The translations under genes and the position numbers were made by a program. The notes beneath the pieces are model-generated. The model saw nothing but the letters and a program-made list of their open reading frames with translations, ran no database searches and was not told where the DNA came from. 58,491 bases of DNA from an uncultured Peptococcaceae bacterium (lineage in GTDB: Bacteria > Bacillota > Dehalobacteriia > UBA4068), in contig CAYJBP010000002.1 of the NCBI GenBank assembly GCA_964368605.1, positions 1 through 58,491 on the forward strand. The letters are read 5' to 3'. Within the stretch, counting starts at the first letter, position 1. The number at the start of each line of letters is the position of its first letter. Positions 37,306-46,275 of this stretch are shown piece after piece.

Positions 37306-38433
37306 CTACTTAACCAAAATCCCCTCAATCGCCTTGCTAATTTGCTGCAAAGCGGCGGTTGGGTTTAAATCTTTGCTTAAAATATCGGCCTCCATTTGCT
37401 GATAGGCCTGAATAAAAGTAGGGTTTTCGTAAATTAATTTATGAATATATTGCTCGGTCATATCTTCTACCCAGTTTAGGTTTTGGCTTTTACGCCTTAA
37501 ATCTAGCTGGCCGCTGGCCAACATTTGGGCATGAAATTGCTCGATAATCTGCCATATTTCGGCCACACCTTCGCCGGTTAAGGCCGAGGCCGTATAGGCT
37601 TTTGTTTGCCAATCGGCACTGGCCGGGCGCAAATAATGTAATACCTGATTATATTCGGCCTGGGTTATCAGCGCTTTTTGCTTATTAGCGCCATCGGCTT
37701 TATTAACCAAAATGGCATCGGCCAATTCTAAAATGCCTTTTTTAATGCCCTGTAAATCATCGCCGGCACCGGTAATAACCAAGGCCAGGAAAAAATCGAC
37801 CATCGAGCGCACGGTGGTTTCGTTTTGGCCTACACCTACGGTTTCGACCAAAATTGTATCAAAGCCGGCCGCTTCGCATAAAATCATCGTTTCGCGGCTT
37901 TTGCGGGTAACGCCGCCTAAAGTACCGCCGGAAGGCGAGGGGCGGATAAAGGCCTCCTTCTTTTTGGATAATTGCTCCATCCTGGTTTTATCGCCTAAAA
38001 TACTACCTTTTGATACAGTAGAGCTGGGGTCTACTGCCAAAACAGCTACCTTTTTGCCCTGGGCTAATAAGTTTAAACCCAAAGCTTCGATAAAGGTGCT
38101 TTTGCCTGCTCCCGGTACACCGGTAATGCCCACCCTAACCGCTTTACCGCTATAAGGCAAAAGCTGCTCGATAATTTGGCGCCCCAATTCAAAATGGCGT
38201 GCCGCATTGCTTTCGATTATGGTGATGGCTCTTGCCAAAATCATTCTATCACAAGCCAATACCCCATTAATATAGTCCTCGGCCTGCAATTTAGGCGGCG
38301 GGGCACTTTTGATTTGGTCTTTGGCCAGCAAATGGCTTTCCTTTTCTTTCATGCCGCCCATCACATAAGAGGTGAATTTTTGATTATCTTCAGCAGGTGC
38401 CCATTCGGGCTTAAATTTATCATAAGAATTCAT
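37306..38433 (-). CDS. meaB: MeaB/ArgK-type G3E GTPase (methylmalonyl-CoA mutase-associated chaperone family)
   Basis: P-loop 'GITGVPGAGKST', 'LAVDPSS', 'ETVGVGQ', 'VNKAD'. Confidence 0.85.
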   Translation of the reverse strand: MNSYDKFKPEWAPAEDNQKFTSYVMGGMKEKESHLLAKDQIKSAPPPKLQAEDYINGVLACDRMILARAITIIESNAARHFELGRQIIEQLLPYSGKAVRVGITGVPGAGKSTFIEALGLNLLAQGKKVAVLAVDPSSTVSKGSILGDKTRMEQLSKKKEAFIRPSPSGGTLGGVTRKSRETMILCEAAGFDTILVETVGVGQNETTVRSMVDFFLALVITGAGDDLQGIKKGILELADAILVNKADGANKQKALITQAEYNQVLHYLRPASADWQTKAYTASALTGEGVAEIWQIIEQFHAQMLASGQLDLRRKSQNLNWVEDMTEQYIHKLIYENPTFIQAYQQMEADILSKDLNPTAALQQISKAIEGILVK

Positions 38434-38479
38434 CGGCTCATGTCCTTTATTATATAATAGTAATTATATAATACCATAA

Positions 38480-40162
38480 TTACTCCTTAATCGGCAAGGT
38501 TATTGTTGAAGTTGTTCCCAAATTTTGTTCGGAATAAATATTTAAACCATACTCATTGCCAAATAAGGAAATGATTCGCTTTTGAATATTAGGTAATGCT
38601 ACCTGTTCTAAGCCAACCTCATTCCAGCCTTGTGTGGCCGAAATCTCTATTTTTTGATGTAAATCGGCCAATTGCTCGAAGCCCATTCCTTGGCCATTAT
38701 CGATAACCGAGATAATAATTTGCTCATTAGCAATCTGGGCAGTAACCTTAATTTGGCCATCTTGCACATTAGCCAAACCATGCACAATTGAGTTTTCGAT
38801 TAAAGGCTGAATTAGCATTCTGGGAATCAATAAATCAGCCAGCCTATCATCCATATCAAACTCAATATTAAAACGTTCAGGATAGCGTATTGCCATAATA
38901 TCGGCATATTTTTGCAGAAAAAACATCTCGTCCCAGGCATTTATATATTCGCCGCCATCATTGGCATAACGCAGTAAATGCGAAAGGCCATCGCACATTT
39001 CGCCGGCTTTTTCATTTTCGCCAATATCATTTAGCCTTTTGATAACATTTAAGGTATTAACGGTAAAATGGGCATTAATTTGCTTTTTTAAAGAAACTAT
39101 CATTGCTAGCTGGCGCTTTAACTCTACATCTTGCATTTGATATTGAATTTCATAAAGAGCATGGCTTTGTTCATTAAGGCTTTTAATCATCATATTAATT
39201 TGGCCAACCAAATTATCAAATTCTTGCTGGCCGGTTTCGCTAAGTATGGTGTCGGCATAGCTATCGATACCGATTTCACGCACATTATCCATAATCACCA
39301 GCATCGGCCTAAAAAACAGGCGATCCAAAAAGCGATAGAAAAAGATAAAAAGTACAATCATCAAAACAGCAATCGTAATCGACATCCAAAAAAATGATAG
39401 CTGGCTGGTATTAATAGCCGCATCATAGGCCACCGCAATCTGAAAAGGGCTTAAACCAATTTGCCTAATAGTATAGCTGTGGGTACTATCGGCCATTTGG
39501 GCAATATCGCTACCTAGCAGCCTGCTATCTAAGCTGGCCGCAATTTTTTGATCGGCTACCAGGGCAATTTGAATATTTTGATCGCTATCATAGCTGCTAA
39601 AAAGCCGATTTAGGCTGCTATCTTTAAGTAAAAAAACCACATAGCCCAAGTTTTGGTTTAGGCTGTCGGAAATTGCATTAATATAGCCGATATAGGCAAT
39701 TCCTTCCAAGTTTACCAGCACATGTTGCGAGGGTAAATCGGTATTGATTAAATAGCTTATCCGCTCGGCAGCGGTATTGCCTAAGGTGCCGCGCAAACGA
39801 TAAAAAACACCTTCGTTATCATAGATTAAAATATCGTCTACCAGGCCATCCGGCTGATAGTTTGCTGCAAGTATTTCGTCAATGGCGGCCGCTTTTTGAT
39901 GATAGGCCATAATATCTTGCTCTTGCAAAAAATCATGAACCTGCTCATTAGCGGCCAGGCTAATTGCTACATGCTCTAAATGCAAAAAGGTGCTTTCTAA
40001 AGTATCGATAATCCGATCCGATACCTGATTAATATAGCTGCTGTTTAATTGATTAACAATACTGTTAGAGCGTGCATAAAAAAGCCCTAAACTAATCAAA
40101 AACATCAGGCAAAATAGGCTTAATAAACTATATAGTTTAATTTGCAGACGGGTTTTAGCCAT
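38480..40162 (-). CDS. Sensor histidine kinase (YesM/LytS-type, two TM + HAMP)
   Basis: His-kinase region 'QINAHFTVNTLNVI', ATPase 'LIENSIVHG', 'DNGQGM'. It abuts a cognate AraC-type response regulator. Confidence 0.85.
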   Translation of the reverse strand: MAKTRLQIKLYSLLSLFCLMFLISLGLFYARSNSIVNQLNSSYINQVSDRIIDTLESTFLHLEHVAISLAANEQVHDFLQEQDIMAYHQKAAAIDEILAANYQPDGLVDDILIYDNEGVFYRLRGTLGNTAAERISYLINTDLPSQHVLVNLEGIAYIGYINAISDSLNQNLGYVVFLLKDSSLNRLFSSYDSDQNIQIALVADQKIAASLDSRLLGSDIAQMADSTHSYTIRQIGLSPFQIAVAYDAAINTSQLSFFWMSITIAVLMIVLFIFFYRFLDRLFFRPMLVIMDNVREIGIDSYADTILSETGQQEFDNLVGQINMMIKSLNEQSHALYEIQYQMQDVELKRQLAMIVSLKKQINAHFTVNTLNVIKRLNDIGENEKAGEMCDGLSHLLRYANDGGEYINAWDEMFFLQKYADIMAIRYPERFNIEFDMDDRLADLLIPRMLIQPLIENSIVHGLANVQDGQIKVTAQIANEQIIISVIDNGQGMGFEQLADLHQKIEISATQGWNEVGLEQVALPNIQKRIISLFGNEYGLNIYSEQNLGTTSTITLPIKE

Positions 40163-40939
40163 CTAATTAGCCCCTTCTAATTGGCTTTGTAAATAGTTTT
40201 GCATATAATTGGTAGGCGAATTGCCATAATACTCTTTAAACATTTTGCAAAAATAATAATAATCATTATAACCGCATTCGATGGCAATTTGTTTATAGGC
40301 CATTTTAGTTGTTTTCATCAAAAGCAGGGCATTTTCCATTCTTTTTTTGGTGATATAACGGGTTAAGGTAGAATTATAATGTTTGGCAAATAAATTGCAA
40401 ATATAATTGGGATTTATATTAAATCGCTTAGATAGCGAATCTAAGGTATGTTTTTGCTGATAATTAAGATCGATAAATTCCACTAATTCCCTAAACAAAG
40501 GCTTTAGCGAATTATCGGCTGCATCGTTGCCATTATCATCACCGGCCGCATTTTCGGGTTTTTGCGCCGATAATTTGGCAGCTAAGCGCTCTAATACGAT
40601 TTGCACTTCCTGTTGTTGCAGTGGTTTAAGTATATAATCAAAGCCATTTAGCCTAAAAAAGCGGCGGCTATCATCAAAGCTGGAATAGGCACTTAGCATA
40701 ATAAATTGGCAATTTACATTTTGCTTTTGCAAAGCGGTAATCAAATTAACCCCATCATAATCAGGCATTTTTAAATCGGTAAAAACTACATCGGGTTTTA
40801 GGTTGATAATTTGCTCTATGGCATTGGCCGAAGATGTTGTATAACCAATAACCTCAAAACCATTATCGAGCCAGGGAATGGTATTAACAATTTCGTCTAA
40901 AATTAAATGATCATCGTCTACAACAAATACAGTATGCAT
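40163..40939 (-). CDS. Response regulator with AraC-type DNA-binding domain (YesN-like)
   Basis: REC ('VFVVDDDHLI', 'FTDLKMPDYDG') and a C-terminal HTH_AraC ('IAIECGYNDYYYFCKMFKEYYGNSP'). Confidence 0.9.
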   Translation of the reverse strand: MHTVFVVDDDHLILDEIVNTIPWLDNGFEVIGYTTSSANAIEQIINLKPDVVFTDLKMPDYDGVNLITALQKQNVNCQFIMLSAYSSFDDSRRFFRLNGFDYILKPLQQQEVQIVLERLAAKLSAQKPENAAGDDNGNDAADNSLKPLFRELVEFIDLNYQQKHTLDSLSKRFNINPNYICNLFAKHYNSTLTRYITKKRMENALLLMKTTKMAYKQIAIECGYNDYYYFCKMFKEYYGNSPTNYMQNYLQSQLEGAN

Positions 40940-41053
40940 AATAGCCTCCAGGGGTTTATTTACTTATTATTATACACCTGTTTGGTTAATAATACAAATG
41001 GTTTAATTTGTATTATCTTCACAACTTGTTGTAGTATTCTCACATTTAAAAGC

Positions 41054-41086
41054 AAAAAATAGGGCTATCGCATTTGCGACAGCCCC
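41054..41086 (-). terminator. Rho-independent terminator of the permease gene
   Basis: The minus strand reads gggctgtcgca-aa-tgcgatagccc followed by tatttttt. Confidence 0.6.
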
Positions 41087-41094
41087 ATTTCTTA

Positions 41095-42501
41095 TTATTC
41101 TTCATTAATTTCGGCTTGTAATTTTTCTAGCGGGATGGTTTTAAATAGCGGTACTTTCATCTTAAACTTAACCCAGCAAATACTCCAAATTGCCGATATT
41201 ACAATTACTACGCCGATAAACTGCCAAATCAAAATTGAGGTTTCATTAATCGGATTACCGGTGGCATCGGGTAAGATATAAACCATCATATATAGCAACG
41301 AAACGATGCTGATAATCGGTAAAACAATACCGCCCGGTACTTTAAAGGCACGATTAGCATTCGGATACTTTTTACGTAAAATGATAACATTGATATGGGC
41401 GATAATATAGGCAGTCATCCAACCGATACAACCGGATAAGATAAAGGTATTAATCATGCCTAAAGCAGTATCACCGCTAAAGAAGATTAATAAGATTACG
41501 GTAATAACCCAAACTAGGATAACACCATTTTGCGGTGAACCTTTGGCATTTAATTTGCCAAAAGCCTTGGGGAATTGCCCTTCTTTAGACATACCATAAA
41601 GCATACGAGGAATAGCTGCAATAAAGGTGTTTAAGGTAGAGCAGGTGGCCATAAGGCTAATAATACCAATCCAAACTTGGCCGGTGCGCCCTAAAATGGC
41701 AGTGGCTGCATCAATATGTGGGGTGGTGGATGCTGCTAATTCGTCGGTAGGTAAGAATTTTAAGGCAGCAAAACCAAAAAGCATATCGCTAACAAAAATA
41801 ATGGCTAAGCCCATAATCATGGCTAAGGGAATAAATCTACGTGGGTTTTTAACTTCTTCGGCCATGGGGCAAACAAATTCTAAGCCAACAAATAGCCAAA
41901 AAGCAATACCTAACATGCTAAGTACGCCACCGCCGGCTGCCATATCCAAGCCCCATTGCGGTGTTTCCAGCGGGGTGCCGCTGCCTAAATCGAATAAACC
42001 GATGCAGGAAAGAACAATCATCGAACCAATCATGGTAGCGGTAAAAATAATTTGCGAAATAGCAAAAGATTTAACCCCAAATAGGTTGATAGCTGCTAAA
42101 ACAGTCATCATAATTAAGGCCCAAATTTGCGGCGGTAAGCCGGTGCTGCCAAAGAATACTTCGTAAATAACGGTGCCTGCTACCATAGATTCGGCAGCAT
42201 TCGATAAAATAGATACCGAAAAATAACCGGTTACTACGGCAAAAATACCCATCATCGGGCCCATTGCCGGCAAGGTGTAGTGATTAATACCGCCTGCCGA
42301 AGGCAAAATGCTGGTTAATTCTGCAAAAGAAAAAGCTACACATAGATTAGTAAAAGCTGCAATCACCATAGCAATTAAAAATGCGGTGCCGCTTAAACCA
42401 AAGCCCTGACCCATCATTAATAATGCCGAAGACGATACAACAATACCTACTGCGGTAGCAACTGCTGGAGCTAAACCTAATTCCCTTTTAAGTTGAGACA
42501 T
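41095..42501 (-). CDS. APC-superfamily amino acid permease
   Basis: 468 aa, 12 TM, N-terminal 'LKRELGLAPAVATAVGIVVSSS' typical of the APC family. Confidence 0.85.
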   Translation of the reverse strand: MSQLKRELGLAPAVATAVGIVVSSSALLMMGQGFGLSGTAFLIAMVIAAFTNLCVAFSFAELTSILPSAGGINHYTLPAMGPMMGIFAVVTGYFSVSILSNAAESMVAGTVIYEVFFGSTGLPPQIWALIMMTVLAAINLFGVKSFAISQIIFTATMIGSMIVLSCIGLFDLGSGTPLETPQWGLDMAAGGGVLSMLGIAFWLFVGLEFVCPMAEEVKNPRRFIPLAMIMGLAIIFVSDMLFGFAALKFLPTDELAASTTPHIDAATAILGRTGQVWIGIISLMATCSTLNTFIAAIPRMLYGMSKEGQFPKAFGKLNAKGSPQNGVILVWVITVILLIFFSGDTALGMINTFILSGCIGWMTAYIIAHINVIILRKKYPNANRAFKVPGGIVLPIISIVSLLYMMVYILPDATGNPINETSILIWQFIGVVIVISAIWSICWVKFKMKVPLFKTIPLEKLQAEINEE

Positions 42502-42780
42502 AAAAACCCTCCCTTTATTTACAAAAATTTGCCTGCCAAAATATTGGCAATTTTGCCTTAAACCAAGCTTAGATAATTAATTTATTGCAATAATATCAAC
42601 TGCTAAGGATAATATAAATTTAACCTTTAAAGCCTGGCTTGCAGTTTAACTGCTTTTATTCTCACATGCTAGATATATTTTATTCTATAAACCATGGTAT
42701 ATGTCAAGCGAGAATATTCAGTAAAATAAAATAAAAGGTTGTTTAATATAACTTTTTGCCGATGTTATGGTACAAATAAT

Positions 42781-42809
42781 AAAAACCTAAAGTTTACTTT
42801 AGGTTTTTA
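42781..42809 (-). terminator. Terminator hairpin after the APH-like gene
   Basis: aacctaaag-ttta-ctttaggtt flanked by A- and T-runs. Confidence 0.6.
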
Positions 42810-42846
42810 GATGAGTAAAGACGCTATGGGATATATATAAGTTTAT

Positions 42847-43668
42847 TTATTCTAATTCCTTTTTAAGCCTGATAGTTTCTTGGCTAATAACTTGGCTTAA
42901 ATACAGGCGATCTTCTTCGGGGGCAATTTCAAAATAGGCAGCCGCCAAAGGCAAAAGCCAAGATCTATAGTTTTTAATATTTTTTTGCGCCAAACTACTA
43001 TAGCGTTGCAAATAAAGATGCTTTAATATAAAATAAACCGCTTTCTTTTTTAATCGGCCCAAAAAAGGTAAACTGCTAAAATTGGAAGGCAATGAAAGCA
43101 ATAAATAAGTTTGCCAAACATCGGTTAAATAATGGCCGCGCCCTCCGGAAAGCCAATTTAATATGGCCGGGCTTTTCGGGGCATCAATAATATTTTCAGG
43201 CAAAAAATTCATATGGCAAATACTATTACCATTTGGCAACTTGGCCAGATGTTGCAAAATATATAGCTTATCCAGCTCTTTAGGTAAATTGGTATCCCTA
43301 ATAATTTGCTGCAAGCGATCTTTAATCGGCGGCAAATGCTCGCTAATTTGATTATGAATAATAAAGTGAAAGGCCGCCATTTTTTTGGCAATGCCAAAAA
43401 CCTGCACGGCATCATCATCGATGATTTTATGCCAGCTACTGCCGCTTACCTGGCCAAAGATAATACCGGGGCGATCATTAAATCTAATTTGCTCATAGGC
43501 CTTAGGGGTGGGCAAATTATAAACGTTAATATAGGAAGCAAGCTTATATTCTAAATCACAAAAATCCGCATACTCGTCATGATAAAGCTTCATCACACGG
43601 CCGCGGTCATAGCTATAAATATCGGCAATTTTTCCGGAAATTAATTTTTGATATTTAGTATTAAGCAC
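42847..43668 (-). CDS. Aminoglycoside-phosphotransferase/choline-kinase-fold protein with substituted catalytic residues
   Basis: The kinase-fold Brenner region reads 'CHMNFLPEN' (HxDxxxxN with D to N). The metal-binding 'IDW/F' position reads 'ILNW'. GTG start after GGGGAG. Confidence 0.6.
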   Translation of the reverse strand: MLNTKYQKLISGKIADIYSYDRGRVMKLYHDEYADFCDLEYKLASYINVYNLPTPKAYEQIRFNDRPGIIFGQVSGSSWHKIIDDDAVQVFGIAKKMAAFHFIIHNQISEHLPPIKDRLQQIIRDTNLPKELDKLYILQHLAKLPNGNSICHMNFLPENIIDAPKSPAILNWLSGGRGHYLTDVWQTYLLLSLPSNFSSLPFLGRLKKKAVYFILKHLYLQRYSSLAQKNIKNYRSWLLPLAAAYFEIAPEEDRLYLSQVISQETIRLKKELE

Positions 43669-43809
43669 CTAAACTCCCCTTTTTGATTATTTGACAAACA
43701 TATTAATTCGACAAATTCAGATATTCACCTGCCTAATAATGATGAATTTACAGGAATATTAGTTTCCTAAAGGCCATATATTAAGTAAAAAGCTAAAACG
43801 GAGGTTATT

Positions 43810-44988
43810 ATGGCCGAATTTCAAAATAGTCTTAATGATAAAGCCAGCCGTAAAATTTTGGGCATGGCCGTATACAGCATAGCCGAAGGGCAAAACTTAG
43901 GGCTAATTAAAGGTCTGATTATCGATGGTAAAGAACATAGTTTGCTGGCTTTGGTCGTCGAAAAAAAGCGTTTAACCAAAGATGAGCGCATTTTGCCTTT
44001 TAAGGCGGTAAGCAGCATCGGGGATGATGTAATTACGATTGAGCGGCTGGGGCTTTTAGAGCGGCCGGGGGCAAATCAGCAGCTAATCAAGGCTATTCGT
44101 CGCCCAATTCAGCCCTTAGGCGCACGATGTTTTACCGCCGATGGCAAAACCATGGGTAAGGTTGAGGAATGTTATTTTAATGCCGCCGGCCAAATTTCGC
44201 GCTTAGAAATTAGCGAGGGCGGCTTATTTAAGGGGCGCCTTTATTTGCCTGGCGAGCTAATAATTGCAATGGCACCGGCTACAATTATGCTTAAAGAGCA
44301 GGCCATTAAGTATATTAACCAAAACGAGAACAATTTAATCGCTTCTATGGAAATGGCTCGTGATAAGGCAGCAGCCATCTCGCGTGGCACGGTTAATGCT
44401 TTAAACAGCTCCTTGCAAAAAATTCTGCCGCCCAAGGAGGAGTTTGAAATTAGCGCTAAGGCTTTGCCCGGCGAGGATGCTCTGTTAATTGCCCAGGAAG
44501 ATCCTAATATTAAACCGGCTAATGCTAAAGATTCCTTGCCTAATACCAGCGAGGAAGCGGCTTTACTTAATCAGCAGGAAATCCTGCTTAAGCAGGAGAT
44601 TGCCTCTGCATCACCATCACATAATGCGGAATTGAGCTTGCCTTTGCTAAGTTCGCCTAAGCCTAAGATGTCGCCGATTATGGTTTCTGTGCAAAATCCG
44701 GAGGATATTGATGAGCATGCTTTATCAGTGAATTTGGAGTTGGCCGATCGCTTAAAAGTAGAGGCCGATTTAGATGATATTGCTGATGCTGGTGATGAGC
44801 ATGCTTTGCTTGAGCATGGTAATCTTAAGGTGGAGCAGTTGGATTTGCCGCTTGCAGAAACTACGGCGGAGCTGGTATCTGATGCTGCTTTGGGCGATAA
44901 TGAGCCGCTTGCAGCTGCTGATGATACTATTGCTAAGACTGTTAAGGCTCGGCGTAGCCGTAAAAGTGTGCGTGGGTTTATTGGTTAG
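43810..44988 (+). CDS. PRC-barrel domain protein (two PRC-like modules) with a long acidic low-complexity tail
   Basis: 'ILGMAVYSIAEGQNLGLIKGLIIDG' and 'LGARCFTADGKTMGKVEECYFNAAGQISRLEI' resemble YlmC/YmxH-type PRC barrels. The C-terminal 180 aa are rich in E/D/A/L. Confidence 0.55.
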   Translation: MAEFQNSLNDKASRKILGMAVYSIAEGQNLGLIKGLIIDGKEHSLLALVVEKKRLTKDERILPFKAVSSIGDDVITIERLGLLERPGANQQLIKAIRRPIQPLGARCFTADGKTMGKVEECYFNAAGQISRLEISEGGLFKGRLYLPGELIIAMAPATIMLKEQAIKYINQNENNLIASMEMARDKAAAISRGTVNALNSSLQKILPPKEEFEISAKALPGEDALLIAQEDPNIKPANAKDSLPNTSEEAALLNQQEILLKQEIASASPSHNAELSLPLLSSPKPKMSPIMVSVQNPEDIDEHALSVNLELADRLKVEADLDDIADAGDEHALLEHGNLKVEQLDLPLAETTAELVSDAALGDNEPLAAADDTIAKTVKARRSRKSVRGFIG

Positions 44989-45161
44989 GGTGGCTGATAT
45001 AATCCGAACCCAGCCCAGCCTTGGCTGTTTTTGATTTGTTTTGTAGGGAATGGTCTTGACCATTCCGCTGTTTGGGTTATTGTTACCTATTGTTAGCTGG
45101 ATTGTTTTAGTCTTTTGCTGCTGGTTGTTAGTTGGGTTATGGGCTATTAATGTTTTTTAAG

Positions 45162-45222
45162 ACCTTGGGGGGCTCTGCCCCCCAATCCCCCTGCAATTTT
45201 TTTGAAAAAAATTGATTAAAAC
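45162..45222. repeat. Intergenic composite hairpin module, copy B
   Basis: accTTGGGGGGCtctGCCCCCCAAtccccctgCAATTTTTTTgAAAAAAATTGATTAAAAC. It lies between convergent genes, with stops at 44988 (+) and 45226 (-). Confidence 0.55.
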
Positions 45223-45225
45223 TAT

Positions 45226-46275
45226 TTATATTTTGCCAATTAGTTGCCAAATTTTAAATAGTTGATATGCATAATTATTTAATTCTTGGCTATATTTAAT
45301 GCTAAATTCGCTTAGGGATAGGCGCAAATTTACCAGGGCATTTTCTGCCTGCGGATACTGCCGGCAATAAGCTTTAATCGTTTTTACGGCAATTTTTAAA
45401 TGCTCTAAATCTAAAATAGCTAATAGCTTAGCAGGTTTTTTAGCATCCTCAATAGTACAATCTTTTAATAGGTTAATGCTGTCTATCAGGCCATTAATAT
45501 AAACTGCTTGGCAAAAATACTGATTAAAATTATTGCTTTTTAAATCGCTAATAGCTAAAAATTGCTCAATAGTTTGCTTTAAAAAATGGTCGGCAAACTC
45601 CCTGCCTTCTTTAAAATCATGGCTGGCGCTGGGCTGGCCTATTCGATAATGATAGCCAATATCAGGCATAATGCCTAAACTTTGCGCCCCTTTTAAAATT
45701 TCCAGCGCAAAATAGGTATCCAATCCATAGCCACCACAGCAATTAGGATTAGGAAAATGATCTTTAATCTTATTATCAAAAAGGCTGCTTGCTATTAATT
45801 TGCCCCATATGCTGCGAAAGAAGGGGAAATAATAGGCAAAAGCCAGGCCAAAATTAGGCTTTTTAATAATAATTTCTTCGGGCATAGCACGGATTAAACC
45901 AAGATTTTGGCCGTTTTGGTCGATGCCTGCTACCGAGCAGCAACCGATATCCAGATTATTCTTTTCACAAAATTCTACTTGCTTAGCTAAAAAATCATTT
46001 GCCCAAATATCATCGCCATCAATAACGGTTAAATAGGTGGCCATTTTTGCCAATTCTTGATATTGATATAAAAAACCGGCCTGCCTGCTATTATTAAGAA
46101 TAATTTTGATATGCTTATCCCCTGCTACAAGATCTGTTAGCAGGGGATAAGTTATATCATTTGCTTCTATATAATAGTTAAAATCAGTATAACTTTGCTT
46201 TTTTACACTTTCGATGCAAGCTGCAATATGCTCATTTTTACGCATTATTTGGGAAAAAACAATCACTTTAGGCAT
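45226..46275 (-). CDS. Family 2 glycosyltransferase
   Basis: 'SVKKQSYTDFNYYI' and 'VIDGDDIW' (DxD). It overlaps the upstream GT2 gene by 13 nt. RBS GAGGTGG. Confidence 0.75.
   Translation of the reverse strand: MPKVIVFSQIMRKNEHIAACIESVKKQSYTDFNYYIEANDITYPLLTDLVAGDKHIKIILNNSRQAGFLYQYQELAKMATYLTVIDGDDIWANDFLAKQVEFCEKNNLDIGCCSVAGIDQNGQNLGLIRAMPEEIIIKKPNFGLAFAYYFPFFRSIWGKLIASSLFDNKIKDHFPNPNCCGGYGLDTYFALEILKGAQSLGIMPDIGYHYRIGQPSASHDFKEGREFADHFLKQTIEQFLAISDLKSNNFNQYFCQAVYINGLIDSINLLKDCTIEDAKKPAKLLAILDLEHLKIAVKTIKAYCRQYPQAENALVNLRLSLSEFSIKYSQELNNYAYQLFKIWQLIGKI

Noticed and set aside
37712-38155. 147-aa plus-strand ORF
   Set aside because: It is antisense to meaB, whose P-loop and G-motifs are intact. 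It is a shadow ORF.
41627-42166. 179-aa plus-strand ORF
   Set aside because: It is fully antisense to the APC permease gene, which has a convincing 12-TM product. The composition is a mirror artefact, and it has no RBS.
42502-42780. Long (~280 nt) untranslated region upstream of the APC permease, examined for a riboswitch or T-box on the minus strand
   Set aside because: Only short unrelated hairpins were seen (gcagttaaactgc, ggcaaaattgcc). There is no conserved riboswitch block and no leader terminator with a U-tract. It is probably just promoter and AT-rich spacer.
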